Shown here piece by piece: positions 19,860 through 30,272 of a stretch of 61,031 bases of DNA (position 1 is the stretch's first letter; each line of letters opens with the position of its first letter). This stretch comes from Candidatus Hodarchaeota archaeon. Lineage in GTDB: Archaea > Asgardarchaeota > Heimdallarchaeia > Hodarchaeales > Hodarchaeaceae. The translations under genes and the position numbers were made by a program. The notes under the pieces are model-generated. The model searched no databases. It had not been told where the DNA came from and worked only from the letters and a program-made list of their open reading frames with translations. The DNA is taken from positions 1-61,031 of the forward strand of contig JAEOTM010000099.1 of the NCBI GenBank assembly GCA_016839815.1. Direction: 5' to 3'.

Positions 19860-20397
19860 AGACACTTCAAGAAATTTAATAACGCTCTATCATGCAAACC
19901 AATGTGATCGACGCAAGTGTACTGGAACCAAAGTATGGCAACTTTATAAACAGAGCAAACTCTCGAATATTGACAATTTTCGCTTTGTGAAGCGAATCTC
20001 TCAAATTCCTAGAGCCTCGATTGTACTAAATCCTCTTTCGGAGATTAAACTGACAATAAGTGATAATTCTATTTATCATCGATTTGGATTAACTGTACTT
20101 GACTGTTCATGGAATCAAGCAGAGGATATTTTTTCTCATTCATTTCCGAATTCGCGATCACTTCCACGTTTAGTGGCAGCAAATCCTGTTAATTATGGGA
20201 AACAAGCTAAATTAAGTAGTGTTGAAGCATTGGCGGCTTCATTATATATTCTAAGTAAACCTGAATTGGCAAGTAGAATACTTTCACACTTTAAATGGGG
20301 TAATCAGTTCATAAAACTCAATCAAAATCTCCTTATTGATTATTCCTCATGTACAACATCTGATGAAGTCATCCAAGTAGAAAAAGAGTATTTCTAA
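19849..20397 (+). CDS. tsr3: SSU rRNA aminocarboxypropyltransferase Tsr3
   Basis: QCDRRKCTG, LDCSW, RSLPRLVAANPVNYG, LSSVEA, FKWG; start moved to ATG 19849, overlapping the ABCE1 end. Confidence 0.93.
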   Translation: MRSEDTSRNLITLYHANQCDRRKCTGTKVWQLYKQSKLSNIDNFRFVKRISQIPRASIVLNPLSEIKLTISDNSIYHRFGLTVLDCSWNQAEDIFSHSFPNSRSLPRLVAANPVNYGKQAKLSSVEALAASLYILSKPELASRILSHFKWGNQFIKLNQNLLIDYSSCTTSDEVIQVEKEYF

Positions 20398-20522
20398 ATC
20401 AATCTCAATAGATTTCTGCGGATTGACCAAAATTCGCTTAGAAACAAATATGTTTAACTCATAATAATACTCCAATAGCCTTAAATTCCCTGATCAAAAC
20501 CTCTTTCTTGAGTGTTCGATAT

Positions 20523-20990
20523 ATGGCATCAGATAAACCTGTAAAAATTACCTTACTTGGTGTAAAGCAGTCTAAACCCGGAAATAAATTCATCTTCGTT
20601 GGTGAAACCGAAGGGTGTTCCGATTGTCGACTTCGTGGTGCTTGTTTGAAACTTGAGGAAGGTAGGGTATATGAGGTTCAAAATGTCAAAGAGACTATTC
20701 ACGTTTGTAATGTGTTTGAAGAGGGAGTGAAAACTGTAGAAATAATTGATTCCTCGTACAAGGTAAGTACAGGAGCAAAATTAGCCATAGAAGGTGCCAC
20801 TATCACTTTTACTCCAAGAGAATGTGATATCATTGAATGTCCCAATCAGTATTTTCATTGTCGCCCCTCATTCTTACCTGAAGGAGAAAAACTGAAGATC
20901 TTAGAAATTAATGAAGATTCAATGGAATGTCCTCATGGTTATCAATTGAAGCTAATTACAGCAGATAGAATAGACAACTCAAACTCATAA
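20523..20990 (+). CDS. UPF0179-family protein
   Basis: ITLLG...F.FVG..CSDCRLRGAC..LEEGRVYEV...HVC, the Cys pattern of the archaeal UPF0179 family. Confidence 0.8.
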   Translation: MASDKPVKITLLGVKQSKPGNKFIFVGETEGCSDCRLRGACLKLEEGRVYEVQNVKETIHVCNVFEEGVKTVEIIDSSYKVSTGAKLAIEGATITFTPRECDIIECPNQYFHCRPSFLPEGEKLKILEINEDSMECPHGYQLKLITADRIDNSNS

Positions 20991-21012
20991 TTACACCCCC
21001 CGAGGGAAATGC

Positions 21013-21774
21013 ATGCCCGTACTAGAAAATGAATGGATTAAAATAAACTACACAGGCCGTTTAAAAGAAAATTCAAAAGTTTTTGATACAACTCTTGAGA
21101 CTGTAGCACGTCAAGAACAAATTTTTGATGAAAAAAGAGGTTACAGCCCACTACTATGTCGAGCAGGTGATGAAAAATTTCTGATTCCTGGATTAGCAAG
21201 ACAATTGGTAGGTATGGATCTTGATAAGCCACAGACACTCGAAATTCCAGTAAAGGATGCATATGGAGATAGAGATGCCAGTAAAATTGAAATGGTTCCC
21301 ACTAAACGCCTTAGAAACGCAAATATTGATCCTCGTGTAGGAAATCGAGTACAGCTTGCAGGTAGAAGTGGAACAATCATCTGGGCAGGTGGAGGACGGA
21401 CTCGGGTAGACTATAATCATCCTCTGGCAGGTAAAGACCTGATATTTGATGTGACTATTGTTGAACAGCTTAGTGAAGTAGAAGAAATTCAAAAAGAAAT
21501 TATCTCTCGTCGTCTTACTGGAGTTAACTTAGAGGAAGTTACCATTGAAACCTCAGAAGATCCAAAAACTATCATTATTTCTCTACCAAATTATCTAATT
21601 TTTATGGAAGGACTCGCAATTGCTAAGTACACTTTAGGCACAGATCTTCATGAATTTCTTGACTTTGAAGTTGTGAAATTCCAAGATATCTTTGATTATC
21701 AGAAAAAAGAGGAGGAAGTAGCAGAGGAAGAAACTACCACGAAAGATGAGAAAAAGTCATCTGAAGAGGAGTAA
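21013..21774 (+). CDS. slyD: FKBP-type peptidyl-prolyl isomerase (long archaeal SlyD-type)
   Basis: YTGRL...VFDTT, AYGDRD, VDYNHPLAGKDL. Confidence 0.92.
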   Translation: MPVLENEWIKINYTGRLKENSKVFDTTLETVARQEQIFDEKRGYSPLLCRAGDEKFLIPGLARQLVGMDLDKPQTLEIPVKDAYGDRDASKIEMVPTKRLRNANIDPRVGNRVQLAGRSGTIIWAGGGRTRVDYNHPLAGKDLIFDVTIVEQLSEVEEIQKEIISRRLTGVNLEEVTIETSEDPKTIIISLPNYLIFMEGLAIAKYTLGTDLHEFLDFEVVKFQDIFDYQKKEEEVAEEETTTKDEKKSSEEE

Positions 21775-21842
21775 TCATTCTTTTACTTTCTTTCACACTA
21801 TTCCAAAGTAAGAAAATAAAATAGGGGGAAGAATATACCTTC

Positions 21843-22043
21843 TCATTTAGCTTTCGCTTTAATTTTAGGGACATATTTTTTGGTCCATTTGAACTTACGT
21901 GGATCACGTTTGAAGTCCAATAAGGAACGTTGACATTTACGGCTACAAAAGCGAACCAATTGTCCATTCTTTCGGACAAATGACATACCAGTTCCAGGTT
22001 CAATTTGTTTAGCACAAAAATTACACTCGTATAATCTAACCAT
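21843..22043 (-). CDS. rpl24e: 50S ribosomal protein L24e
   Basis: CNFCAKQIEPGTG...FCSRKC...PRKFKWT; start moved to ATG 22043. Confidence 0.95.
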   Translation of the reverse strand: MVRLYECNFCAKQIEPGTGMSFVRKNGQLVRFCSRKCQRSLLDFKRDPRKFKWTKKYVPKIKAKAK

Positions 22044-22062
22044 TTTATCTACCTTCTTTATT

Positions 22063-22278
22063 TTATGGCCGCTTAAGATTACGGGCTTCTCGTTCTGTTT
22101 CTCGTAGCTGCAAGGTATCACCTTTTCGTACAGGTCCTTTTACATTGCGTACAATGATTCGGCCACGATCACGACCGTCTAGGACTCGGACACGGACCTG
22201 GGTGATTTCTCCAGTTACACCTGTGCGTCCAATTATCTGTAATACTTCAGCTGGAATGCTGATATTATCCTCACTCAT
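22063..22278 (-). CDS. rps28e: 30S ribosomal protein S28e
   Basis: [14 protein letters not shown]...[20 protein letters not shown]. Confidence 0.97.
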   Translation of the reverse strand: MSEDNISIPAEVLQIIGRTGVTGEITQVRVRVLDGRDRGRIIVRNVKGPVRKGDTLQLRETEREARNLKRP

Positions 22279-22291
22279 TCAAGCAGGCCTC

Positions 22292-22669
22292 TTAAATTCC
22301 GGCTAGCTCCTTGATTCGGGCTGCAAGGTTATCGATTTTAGCTTTTAATTCGCCTTCATTAACAATTGAACAGCTGGCTGTCTTTACACCAAGATTGCTA
22401 GCATTTCCCAAGATTTCTTTGTTTGTTACATATAGATATGGAATCTTTTTATCCTTACACAGAAGAGGAATGTGAGCTACAATTTCTGGTGGATCAACAT
22501 CTAATGCTAAGAAAACAAGCTTTGCATCTCCGCGTTCGACACTTTTTGTTGTTTCATTTGTTCCTTTACGAATATTAGATGGATCAGCACTAACAGTTTC
22601 TAATACCGATAAAGCATCATTTTCAAGCCCTTCAGGCTGTTCATAATTTACATAGAATGGTTTACTCAT
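22292..22669 (-). CDS. rpl7ae: 50S ribosomal protein L7Ae
   Basis: RKGTNETTKSVERG, DVDPPEIVAHIP. Confidence 0.97.
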   Translation of the reverse strand: MSKPFYVNYEQPEGLENDALSVLETVSADPSNIRKGTNETTKSVERGDAKLVFLALDVDPPEIVAHIPLLCKDKKIPYLYVTNKEILGNASNLGVKTASCSIVNEGELKAKIDNLAARIKELAGI

Positions 22670-22871
22670 TTTTAATTCGACCTCCAGGGTCTAGGATCTG
22701 AGAAATTCCACATTATCTGCAAAAGATAAGGTAAAAGTTCCCTAAATTTGGTTTTAATTCAACCCAATCCTTGGTCGGGCAAATGAATCAGCCTAAATTC
22801 ATAGATAAAAATGTTTAGCTGGATATAAATTTACATTTCGTCTTTATCCTAATTTCTACTACCTTTTATAG

Positions 22872-24008
22872 CTAATTTTGTCGAGAAGAATACTCGCCAG
22901 GATTAATTCCAAAAGCTCTTAATAATTCAGCTGTTTTTCCAGATATTATTAAAGGAACTGTTCTTAAATCATTAATGGTCTGAGATCCAGTTAAGAAACA
23001 AGCAAGGCGGATTTGATAAGTAACTTCTTCTAAGAATTTGATTGATTTCTCAATTGAATTTTCTTGTATAGCAAACAGAAATGGAATAGCCATTCCTGCT
23101 GCATCAGCTCCAAGTGCTAGAAGTTTTGCAACCTCCAAACCATTTCTTACCCCGCCCGAACCTATTATATGTCCATTGAACTGTTCTTTCGCTAGGATGG
23201 TGCTTATGGCTGTAGGGAGGCCCCAATCCCAAAAAACTTCCCCAGTATTTTTATATTTTGGATCTTCTGCTCTAATAGATTCTACCCCAGCCCATGAAGT
23301 TCCTCCTGCACCTTGAATATCAATTCCTGTAAATCCTGCTTTTTTTATTCGCACAATATCAAACTTACTAAACCCTGATCCAACTTCTTTTGCTAAAATT
23401 GGAATTGATGATGCATTTATTAGCTTTGAAACCTTATCCATTAGATCTTGAAGATTAGTATCACCCTCAGGTTGAATAGATTCTTGCAATGGATTGAAAT
23501 GAAACGCGAGCGCATCTGCATCTATCATAGAAACAATATCTTTTAAATCAACAGCAGATAATCCTTCTACAATCTGTCCTGCACCAATATTCCCAATTTT
23601 AAGTGCAGTTGGGGCATTTCTTTTGACAATCTCAAATGATTCTCGTGCTTGAGTATCCTCTAGGGCAGCTCGTTGACTACCAACACCCATTCCTATTTGC
23701 GTTTTTTCTGCTACTTGAGATAAATAATCGTTAAGTTGCTGTGCAAACGCATGACCTCCCGTCATTCCTGAGATAACTAATGGAAACTGTAATTTTTTTC
23801 CGAAAAGTTCTATAGAAAGGTCAATATCTTCCATATTGAGATCTGTAGTCGCATGATGTACAAAAGATATATCTTCCAAACCAGTAGTGATATTACGACC
23901 TTGAACATCATGCTCAAGACAAATTTGTAGATGTGCAAGTTTACGTTCAGATGTAATGGTAGTTTCTTTTTTTCCATTGATTTCATGAGGAGTAATTTTC
24001 GATTCCAT
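22872..24008 (-). CDS. fni: Type 2 isopentenyl-diphosphate isomerase
   Basis: RKLAH, GMTGG, GVGSQR, NPLQESIQPEGD, KEVGSG, GAGGTSW. Confidence 0.96.
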   Translation of the reverse strand: MESKITPHEINGKKETTITSERKLAHLQICLEHDVQGRNITTGLEDISFVHHATTDLNMEDIDLSIELFGKKLQFPLVISGMTGGHAFAQQLNDYLSQVAEKTQIGMGVGSQRAALEDTQARESFEIVKRNAPTALKIGNIGAGQIVEGLSAVDLKDIVSMIDADALAFHFNPLQESIQPEGDTNLQDLMDKVSKLINASSIPILAKEVGSGFSKFDIVRIKKAGFTGIDIQGAGGTSWAGVESIRAEDPKYKNTGEVFWDWGLPTAISTILAKEQFNGHIIGSGGVRNGLEVAKLLALGADAAGMAIPFLFAIQENSIEKSIKFLEEVTYQIRLACFLTGSQTINDLRTVPLIISGKTAELLRAFGINPGEYSSRQN

Positions 24009-24050
24009 TCGAACTACACTTCTTAATTAATATCTTTAATTTTTATAGGC

Positions 24051-24644
24051 TTATTCTGATTCTAGGATGCTACTCCACCGTTTATATTTTTCATTGGGGA
24101 TATTGAAACAGTCTAGTACCTTACCTGAAATAAAATCGAATAAATCATTGATAGTTTTTGGTCGATGATAGAATCCAGGACTAAGAGGAAGTACTACTGC
24201 TCCGTAAATTGCGAGTTGATTTAAATTATGTAAACACGCAGGGCTTAAAGGAGTCTCCCGGATGCCAATAACTAATGGTTTTTTCATTTTCAACATGATA
24301 TCCGCTGCACGGGAGATTAAATTTCCTGTATTAGCCGTAGCAATATTACTAACCGTCTTAACAGTAGCTGGAATAACAACCATCCCATCAACGATAGTTG
24401 AACTACTGGAAATGGCTGCGTTCATGTCGTTTTCCTTATAGGTATAATCAGGTATCTTTTGAAATTCATCTAAAGAGCTAAGTGATTCTTTTTCGATCAC
24501 TTGCTTCGCCCACCTACTAATTATGACGTGAGTCTCAACATTGTGAGAGGATAGTGCTTTTACGACTTCAATGCCATAATCAATTCCAGAAGCACCTGTT
24601 AAAGCTACAATTATTTTGTTAGATTTCAAGAATCGTATCACCAA
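24051..24644 (-). CDS. ubiX: Flavin prenyltransferase UbiX
   Basis: TGASG, RAAD, RETPL, PGFYHRP. Confidence 0.93.
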   Translation of the reverse strand: MVIRFLKSNKIIVALTGASGIDYGIEVVKALSSHNVETHVIISRWAKQVIEKESLSSLDEFQKIPDYTYKENDMNAAISSSSTIVDGMVVIPATVKTVSNIATANTGNLISRAADIMLKMKKPLVIGIRETPLSPACLHNLNQLAIYGAVVLPLSPGFYHRPKTINDLFDFISGKVLDCFNIPNEKYKRWSSILESE

Positions 24645-24778
24645 TACAGAACGAATACCAGAAATTTTTATGTTTAATAAAATGCTACTACGGAAATAAC
24701 TTCATTATGAATAAATCATTTTTACAAAGACTGATTAATTAATCTTTGTTCTACATAATCTTCAAGGTATTGATGCTA

Positions 24779-25771
24779 ATGAAAGCAACTGCAATTGCAA
24801 ATTCTAATATTGCACTAGTAAAGTACTGGGGAAAAAGAAATTCTGATTTAATATTACCTTATAATTCGAGTATTTCAATGACCTTAGATTCTCTAAATAC
24901 AAAAACAACAGTTGAATTTAATAAAGAATTTTCAGATAATGAAGTGATTATTAATGGAAAGACAGTAGAAGGAGAAGAAAAGGCAAGGGTTGTCCATCAT
25001 CTTGATTTATTACAGGAATTCGTTACTGAAAAAGTATTTGCTAAGGTTAAGAGTGAAAGTAATTTTCCAAAAAAAGCGGGATTGGCCAGTTCGGCATCTG
25101 GTTTTGCAGCTCTAACATTAGCTGGAATTAAAGCTCTGGATCAAAATCTCACAACGAAAGAATTGAGTATTCTATCAAGAAGAGGAAGTGGTAGTGCCTC
25201 CAGAAGTGTACTAGGCGGATTTGTAGAGTGGAATAAGGGTTCACTACCAGATGGCTCAGATAGTCATGCAATTCAAATTGAGAAAGAAGATCATTGGCCA
25301 GAGCTCTCAATGATCGTAACCATTATATCGACAGAAGAGAAGAAGGTTTCTTCACGAGTAGGGATGAGTCAAACCGTAAAAACTTCTCCCTTTTATCCAG
25401 CCTGGCTAGATACAATAGAGTCTGATGTGGAAAAAATGAAAAAAGCTATATCGCAAAAGGATTTTGTTTTATTAGGTCAAATAGCGGAAAATAATGCTCT
25501 GAAAATGCATGCCACAATGCATACAACTGTTCCTCCTATTATTTATTGGGAATCTGGATCATTAACCATTATGAAAGAAGTAATAACACTCAGAGAAGAG
25601 GGGAAAGAGTGTTATTTTACCATGGATGCAGGCCCACAAGTTAAAATATTGTGTTTAGAAGATGATTTAGAAGTTATTAAATCACGAGTAAATAAATTAG
25701 ATGTGGTTCGAGATATCATGATTTGTCATCCAGGTAAGCAGACATCGTTAACAGATGACCATCTTTTCTGA
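24779..25771 (+). CDS. mvaD: Diphosphomevalonate decarboxylase
   Basis: NIALVKYWGK, AGLASSASG, RRGSGSASRS, FTMDAGP; adjacent to PMK. Confidence 0.92.
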   Translation: MKATAIANSNIALVKYWGKRNSDLILPYNSSISMTLDSLNTKTTVEFNKEFSDNEVIINGKTVEGEEKARVVHHLDLLQEFVTEKVFAKVKSESNFPKKAGLASSASGFAALTLAGIKALDQNLTTKELSILSRRGSGSASRSVLGGFVEWNKGSLPDGSDSHAIQIEKEDHWPELSMIVTIISTEEKKVSSRVGMSQTVKTSPFYPAWLDTIESDVEKMKKAISQKDFVLLGQIAENNALKMHATMHTTVPPIIYWESGSLTIMKEVITLREEGKECYFTMDAGPQVKILCLEDDLEVIKSRVNKLDVVRDIMICHPGKQTSLTDDHLF

Positions 25772-25777
25772 TTGTAT

Positions 25778-26908
25778 ATGGATAGTATAGATATGATTAC
25801 CGTTTCGGCACCTGGGAAATTGATGCTTTCAGGTGAATGGAGTATTCTAGAGAAAAATGTTCGATGTATAGTTCTTGCTGTTCAACAACGAGTGTACGCT
25901 ACGATTCAACCGAGAGAGAAGATGAGTGTTTATTTGAGAGATTTCGAATTGAAATCAGCATGTCATTATGCTGATGGAAATTTCTCATTCGATATCGAAG
26001 ATGAGAAGTTGATATTCTCAAAGTATGCTATTGAATCAGCATTGAGATATCTGAAATCTAGAAACATTCCTATCAAACCATTCCACTTAGAAACCTGGGG
26101 TGAGATCAGTAAAGTGGAAAATGTGGAAACGGGACAAGAGATGAAAGTAGGATTCGGAAGTAGTGCCGCAGCTGTTGTAGCTATTATTGGTGCAGTAATC
26201 CAATATCATACAAACTCTAGTTTTACACACCAGAAGAAAGAAGAGATTTTTAAATTAAGTATTATCTCACATTACCTCGGCCAAGGAAAACTTGGATCAG
26301 GGTTTGATGTTGCCGCGTCCACTTTTGGAGGAGCACTTATCTATAGAAAATTTGATCCTAAGTGGTTACAAGAGGAAATTACAACTGAAAATTTGGACAG
26401 ACTAGTTGATAAAGAGTGGCCCTTGTTACAATATATTCCAATTGAATTACCAGCTGATCTTGTCATGATGGTAGGCTTTACAGGAACGAGTGCCTCCACC
26501 AAGAAACTAGTACAGGAAATGAAGGTGTATAAACAGAAAGATCCCGATGGTTACTTTACTATAATTTCTAGAATTGCTGATGTTACTGAACAATTAATTA
26601 AAGCTATTAAATCCAAGAACCAAATATCGATACTTAAACTACTGGATCAAAATCGTATTTTGTTAGAAGAATTAAGTTTTGCTTGTTCTTGTCATTTAGA
26701 AATTGAAGCTCATCAAGTAATGAGTCACACGGCTTCAAAATATGGTGCCGTTGCAAAATTTTCTGGTGCGGGAGGAGGAGATTGTAGTGTTGGAGTTTGT
26801 TTCAATGACTCAGATGCAGCGATCATTGTCAAGGAATGGGTTCAGAATGGAATAATGCCAATTGATATCGAGTTTTCTAGGGAAGGAATTCGAATAGAAA
26901 AAGAGTAA
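25778..26908 (+). CDS. mvaK2: Phosphomevalonate kinase (GHMP; ERG8/MvaK2-type)
   Basis: SAPGKLMLSGEW, KVGFGSSAA, GSGFDVAAS, ASTKKLV, KFSGAGGGDC. Confidence 0.9.
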   Translation: MDSIDMITVSAPGKLMLSGEWSILEKNVRCIVLAVQQRVYATIQPREKMSVYLRDFELKSACHYADGNFSFDIEDEKLIFSKYAIESALRYLKSRNIPIKPFHLETWGEISKVENVETGQEMKVGFGSSAAAVVAIIGAVIQYHTNSSFTHQKKEEIFKLSIISHYLGQGKLGSGFDVAASTFGGALIYRKFDPKWLQEEITTENLDRLVDKEWPLLQYIPIELPADLVMMVGFTGTSASTKKLVQEMKVYKQKDPDGYFTIISRIADVTEQLIKAIKSKNQISILKLLDQNRILLEELSFACSCHLEIEAHQVMSHTASKYGAVAKFSGAGGGDCSVGVCFNDSDAAIIVKEWVQNGIMPIDIEFSREGIRIEKE

Positions 26909-26934
26909 AAAAAGGAAAGAAAGGAAGAGAGTCT

Positions 26935-27324
26935 CTAAACAATCTCTACGGTGCCATTTTCGCCATCAACTTCGATTTGCATACCAGATTCAATTTTAGT
27001 AACGTCAATCTGATCAACGCAAGGAAGTTCGCTTATAATAGTGCCAACTGCGACAATAGCTTCACAGTCATTAAGAACCAGTGCTTTTGGACCCTTACCA
27101 GTCATTGCCATCTGGTAGATAACGTAAGATCCAACAGTAGATCCTTTTCCTGAAGGAAAGACAAGAATCTTATCATTGATACTGACTCCTTCTAATTCAT
27201 GGCCCTTTTCAACGACAATTCCATTTTCTGGATCCACACCGCCATAAAATGAGATACTATCCGAAGTTACTAAAGCCTCACCTTTAGCTTTTCCTTTATA
27301 GATTTTTCGACCTGTTAATTTCAT
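26935..27324 (-). CDS. Phosphomevalonate dehydratase small subunit (AcnX swivel domain, DUF126)
   Basis: ISFYGGVDP, FPSGKGSTVGS. Confidence 0.9.
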   Translation of the reverse strand: MKLTGRKIYKGKAKGEALVTSDSISFYGGVDPENGIVVEKGHELEGVSINDKILVFPSGKGSTVGSYVIYQMAMTGKGPKALVLNDCEAIVAVGTIISELPCVDQIDVTKIESGMQIEVDGENGTVEIV

Positions 27325-28505
27325 TATGACAAAGCCTCCTCAAGACATTCATCCATTGACATTAATTTGACCGCAAATTTATTACGTCCAGACCCGTAAT
27401 AACACATCTTTGCAGAATCTGAAGCAAGACCATGGAAACGACCTTTGATAGGAGCTACAACACAGCAGGTATCTGCAGCGATCTTTGCACCAGAATCCTC
27501 AATCATTTTTGTAAAGCCCATTCGATCAGCAATCTGCTTGGTTGGTCGTGCAGTGGTAATCCATACTTCTTTTTTGGGATTAATTGATTTACCACTTAAT
27601 TTTTTGGCAATGTATTCTAATTCAGCTAAAGAAGCATGAGGACAGCCTAAACTGATGAAATCAATTTCAGTGTCATCATCTAAATCTCCCAAAGCCTTTT
27701 TCATATCATTTTCAGTAACGGTTTCGATCGTATCGGGAATTTGGTTCACTTTATTTGGAGTAATATCTTCCATATGAAAGAGTGCAACTCCGCCGTAAGT
27801 AGCGTATGATGCACAAAAGGATTTCAATTCTTCAACTGAAGCTTTGGGGATTCCAGTGATGTAGGTAATTTTTTTACCAAAACGATCTCCCAGTACTTTC
27901 CCTAACGCTCCAAATCGGAATGTCCCTTTAACTTCGCACTCAATATTTACAGTCAATTCGGGCTGTCGATTTTCTTCAAGATGAAATCCATATTCAGGAG
28001 TCTTCCCGACAAGTGCAGCGCTTAAAGCACTGGGACCACCTTCACGATTGGTCTTGGCCCCTAATACCGAGTTGGCATAGCAAACAGCCGAGCTCTCACT
28101 CCAAGCTATATGTTGACCATACGCAGGAAGGTTACCATAAAGATAAGGGGTACAAGAGCATGTAGTAATCACATCCAAGCGCTTAAATGCATCCACAACT
28201 CGAATCTGGTTTTCTGCAAACTCTTCACTAATAGCTAGCTTACGCCAATCAATTAAGTCCATTCCAGCAGGATTTAAGGTTGTCATAACTCTTACCTTAC
28301 CATCTACTGCCATTTCTTCCAGCCACGCTAGACCTGGTTCATTTAAATTTGCGTAGCTGACCCCAGCAATTTGTACGGATGTAACATCGATAAGTTTCTT
28401 CGCGCCATAAATCTCACCTAAAGTTATGAGAATCTCCATTGCTGTTTGCGCCGCTTTTCCATGTTTCCCTGCCACCATTTCCTGTTCTTCGGATGTCAAT
28501 TCCAT
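27324..28505 (-). CDS. Phosphomevalonate dehydratase large subunit (AcnX, DUF521)
   Basis: GVSY, TTLNP, CSCTPY, WSESSA, NSVLGAKTNRE, GCPH, DTCCVVAP, DSAK. Confidence 0.92.
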   Translation of the reverse strand: MELTSEEQEMVAGKHGKAAQTAMEILITLGEIYGAKKLIDVTSVQIAGVSYANLNEPGLAWLEEMAVDGKVRVMTTLNPAGMDLIDWRKLAISEEFAENQIRVVDAFKRLDVITTCSCTPYLYGNLPAYGQHIAWSESSAVCYANSVLGAKTNREGGPSALSAALVGKTPEYGFHLEENRQPELTVNIECEVKGTFRFGALGKVLGDRFGKKITYITGIPKASVEELKSFCASYATYGGVALFHMEDITPNKVNQIPDTIETVTENDMKKALGDLDDDTEIDFISLGCPHASLAELEYIAKKLSGKSINPKKEVWITTARPTKQIADRMGFTKMIEDSGAKIAADTCCVVAPIKGRFHGLASDSAKMCYYGSGRNKFAVKLMSMDECLEEALS

Positions 28506-28579
28506 AATTATCTCTCCATTATTACAACTCTTACTTACAAAAGATAACTCTAATGCTTGAAAGAAATTTCTTACTCGAT

Positions 28580-29473
28580 TTATTGTTCTTTTATTTCTGA
28601 ATTGGAATGAGTATTTATATATTCGAGATATCTTTGGAGTGTATTCTGAGTAAATTCTGTCCGTGTTATTGCCTCAAAATCTATAAGGGTAAACCTCTTT
28701 TTGACTTCATCTCTTGAGATTGGATTAAGTTTCTGGAAATCGTTTATTTTTTCTGTTACTATTGATATTAGAGAGTTTTTGAATTTCTCTGGATCTTTGA
28801 GGTACTCTTTTCTTGACTCATTAAAATTGTTCTTCTCTACATACTCATTTCTGACTATTGCCCATATTTCCCCAAAACGAGATAGTCCCTCAGTACTTAA
28901 ATCAGGTATTTCAAAGTTTATTATCCCGTCCGCTTTGTGTTTTTGCAAAAGAAGAGAAATTTTTCTTTGATTTTCCCCTATAGGTGGAAATTTATTTAGA
29001 TCTGAAGCTAAAAAAACGGTTGCTGAAAATGGAAGAAAAGGATCAGCTCTATCGTGGTTAGTTTTAAAAATTTCTGAAATGACTCCTTCAACAGAAGAAA
29101 CAATATCATTGCTTACTACTTTAATGAATAAAAGCTCTGTCGATCCTGAAGTTGTATTATAACCTGAAACAACATCGGGAATGCTTGCAGCTGTATAAGA
29201 CTTACCATACGTATCTACCACTCTACTAGACTTCATTGATTGAGAGATAAGATATTTTTGATCTTTCTTTGGATATTTGGTTAAATCTAATGGAAGTTGT
29301 ACTTGATTCATGATATTATTGTTTTTGCGAAATTCAGATGAAAGAAATAAACCTGCACAAAAGGAATTGACTGGCCCGTCCCCTTCTTCTTTAAGGAGTT
29401 TGACTATACTTCCTGGTGGTACATGGTACTTACATCCAGATACCGAGGAAAATCTATGGGTGTATATTAGCAA
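28580..29473 (-). CDS. Hypothetical protein
   Basis: ~297-aa ORF with no recognised motif; start uncertain. Confidence 0.6.
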   Translation of the reverse strand: MLIYTHRFSSVSGCKYHVPPGSIVKLLKEEGDGPVNSFCAGLFLSSEFRKNNNIMNQVQLPLDLTKYPKKDQKYLISQSMKSSRVVDTYGKSYTAASIPDVVSGYNTTSGSTELLFIKVVSNDIVSSVEGVISEIFKTNHDRADPFLPFSATVFLASDLNKFPPIGENQRKISLLLQKHKADGIINFEIPDLSTEGLSRFGEIWAIVRNEYVEKNNFNESRKEYLKDPEKFKNSLISIVTEKINDFQKLNPISRDEVKKRFTLIDFEAITRTEFTQNTLQRYLEYINTHSNSEIKEQ

Positions 29474-29519
29474 ATACGATGGGTTTGATTAATAAACCCC
29501 CAAATCACTTCTTTTTATA

Positions 29520-30167
29520 TTGAGGTGGAAAATAATGAGGAATTTTCAAAAACTGTTAATAGTTAGTGTATTACTTAGTTCTTTGGGATTCTTAAATCAT
29601 GATTTTCTTCATCGAAATCCATTAGTAACTGTCTCTACGAGTATGATTTATAAAGAAGGAAATCTAAGTCTTAGTAACACTAGTGAAATTGCTACTATTA
29701 TGGACTATGGTGTTGAGGAGGGCAACATTGGCACCACATATAATTTTACGATACAGTTAGATGCTAGTTCTACTTCAGGTATTAATCTAACATTGATAAA
29801 AATGCATGATTGGCGTGGTAGCCCACATATTTTTCCTGTTGTCCCAGGTGAAACAAGGACAGTTATGTACGTACAGCACAGCACTGCAGATGAAAGAGGG
29901 ATGCTGAATCTCGAATATCACTTGTTGAATACTTCTGGTACTGTTACAGGGACCTATCAGGTTAGATTAGTCTTTGGGGGTTATCCTGTCGATATCGGAA
30001 CTGGAGGTCTTTATGTTGAGGATATCACAGCTTGGCTTCGTACTCGTTCACAGACTAAACCCAGTACCATTACTTTCTCTTTTTCTCCGCTCATGTTGCT
30101 GCTTCTCGTCTACGTGTATATCTATTGTAGAAAGAAGAAAAATAGACCTTCTAAAAGCCTTGGTTAA
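29520..30167 (+). CDS. Hypothetical cell-surface protein (signal peptide, beta-rich domain, C-terminal TM plus basic tail)
   Basis: N-terminal hydrophobic stretch, several NxS/T sequons, LMLLLLVYVYIYCRKKK. Confidence 0.65.
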   Translation: MRWKIMRNFQKLLIVSVLLSSLGFLNHDFLHRNPLVTVSTSMIYKEGNLSLSNTSEIATIMDYGVEEGNIGTTYNFTIQLDASSTSGINLTLIKMHDWRGSPHIFPVVPGETRTVMYVQHSTADERGMLNLEYHLLNTSGTVTGTYQVRLVFGGYPVDIGTGGLYVEDITAWLRTRSQTKPSTITFSFSPLMLLLLVYVYIYCRKKKNRPSKSLG

Positions 30168-30272
30168 CGCATCCTGATACGGAAGTACGAGTTACGAATT
30201 ATTTTGATTAATTTGACAATCGGTCTTCTAATTTATGTAAAGACTGAGGGAAACAGATCCTTCTTCTTTTGC

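Noticed and set aside
22044-22121. N-terminal extension of L24e in the ORF track
   Set aside because: Overlaps rps28e; family homology starts at ATG 22043
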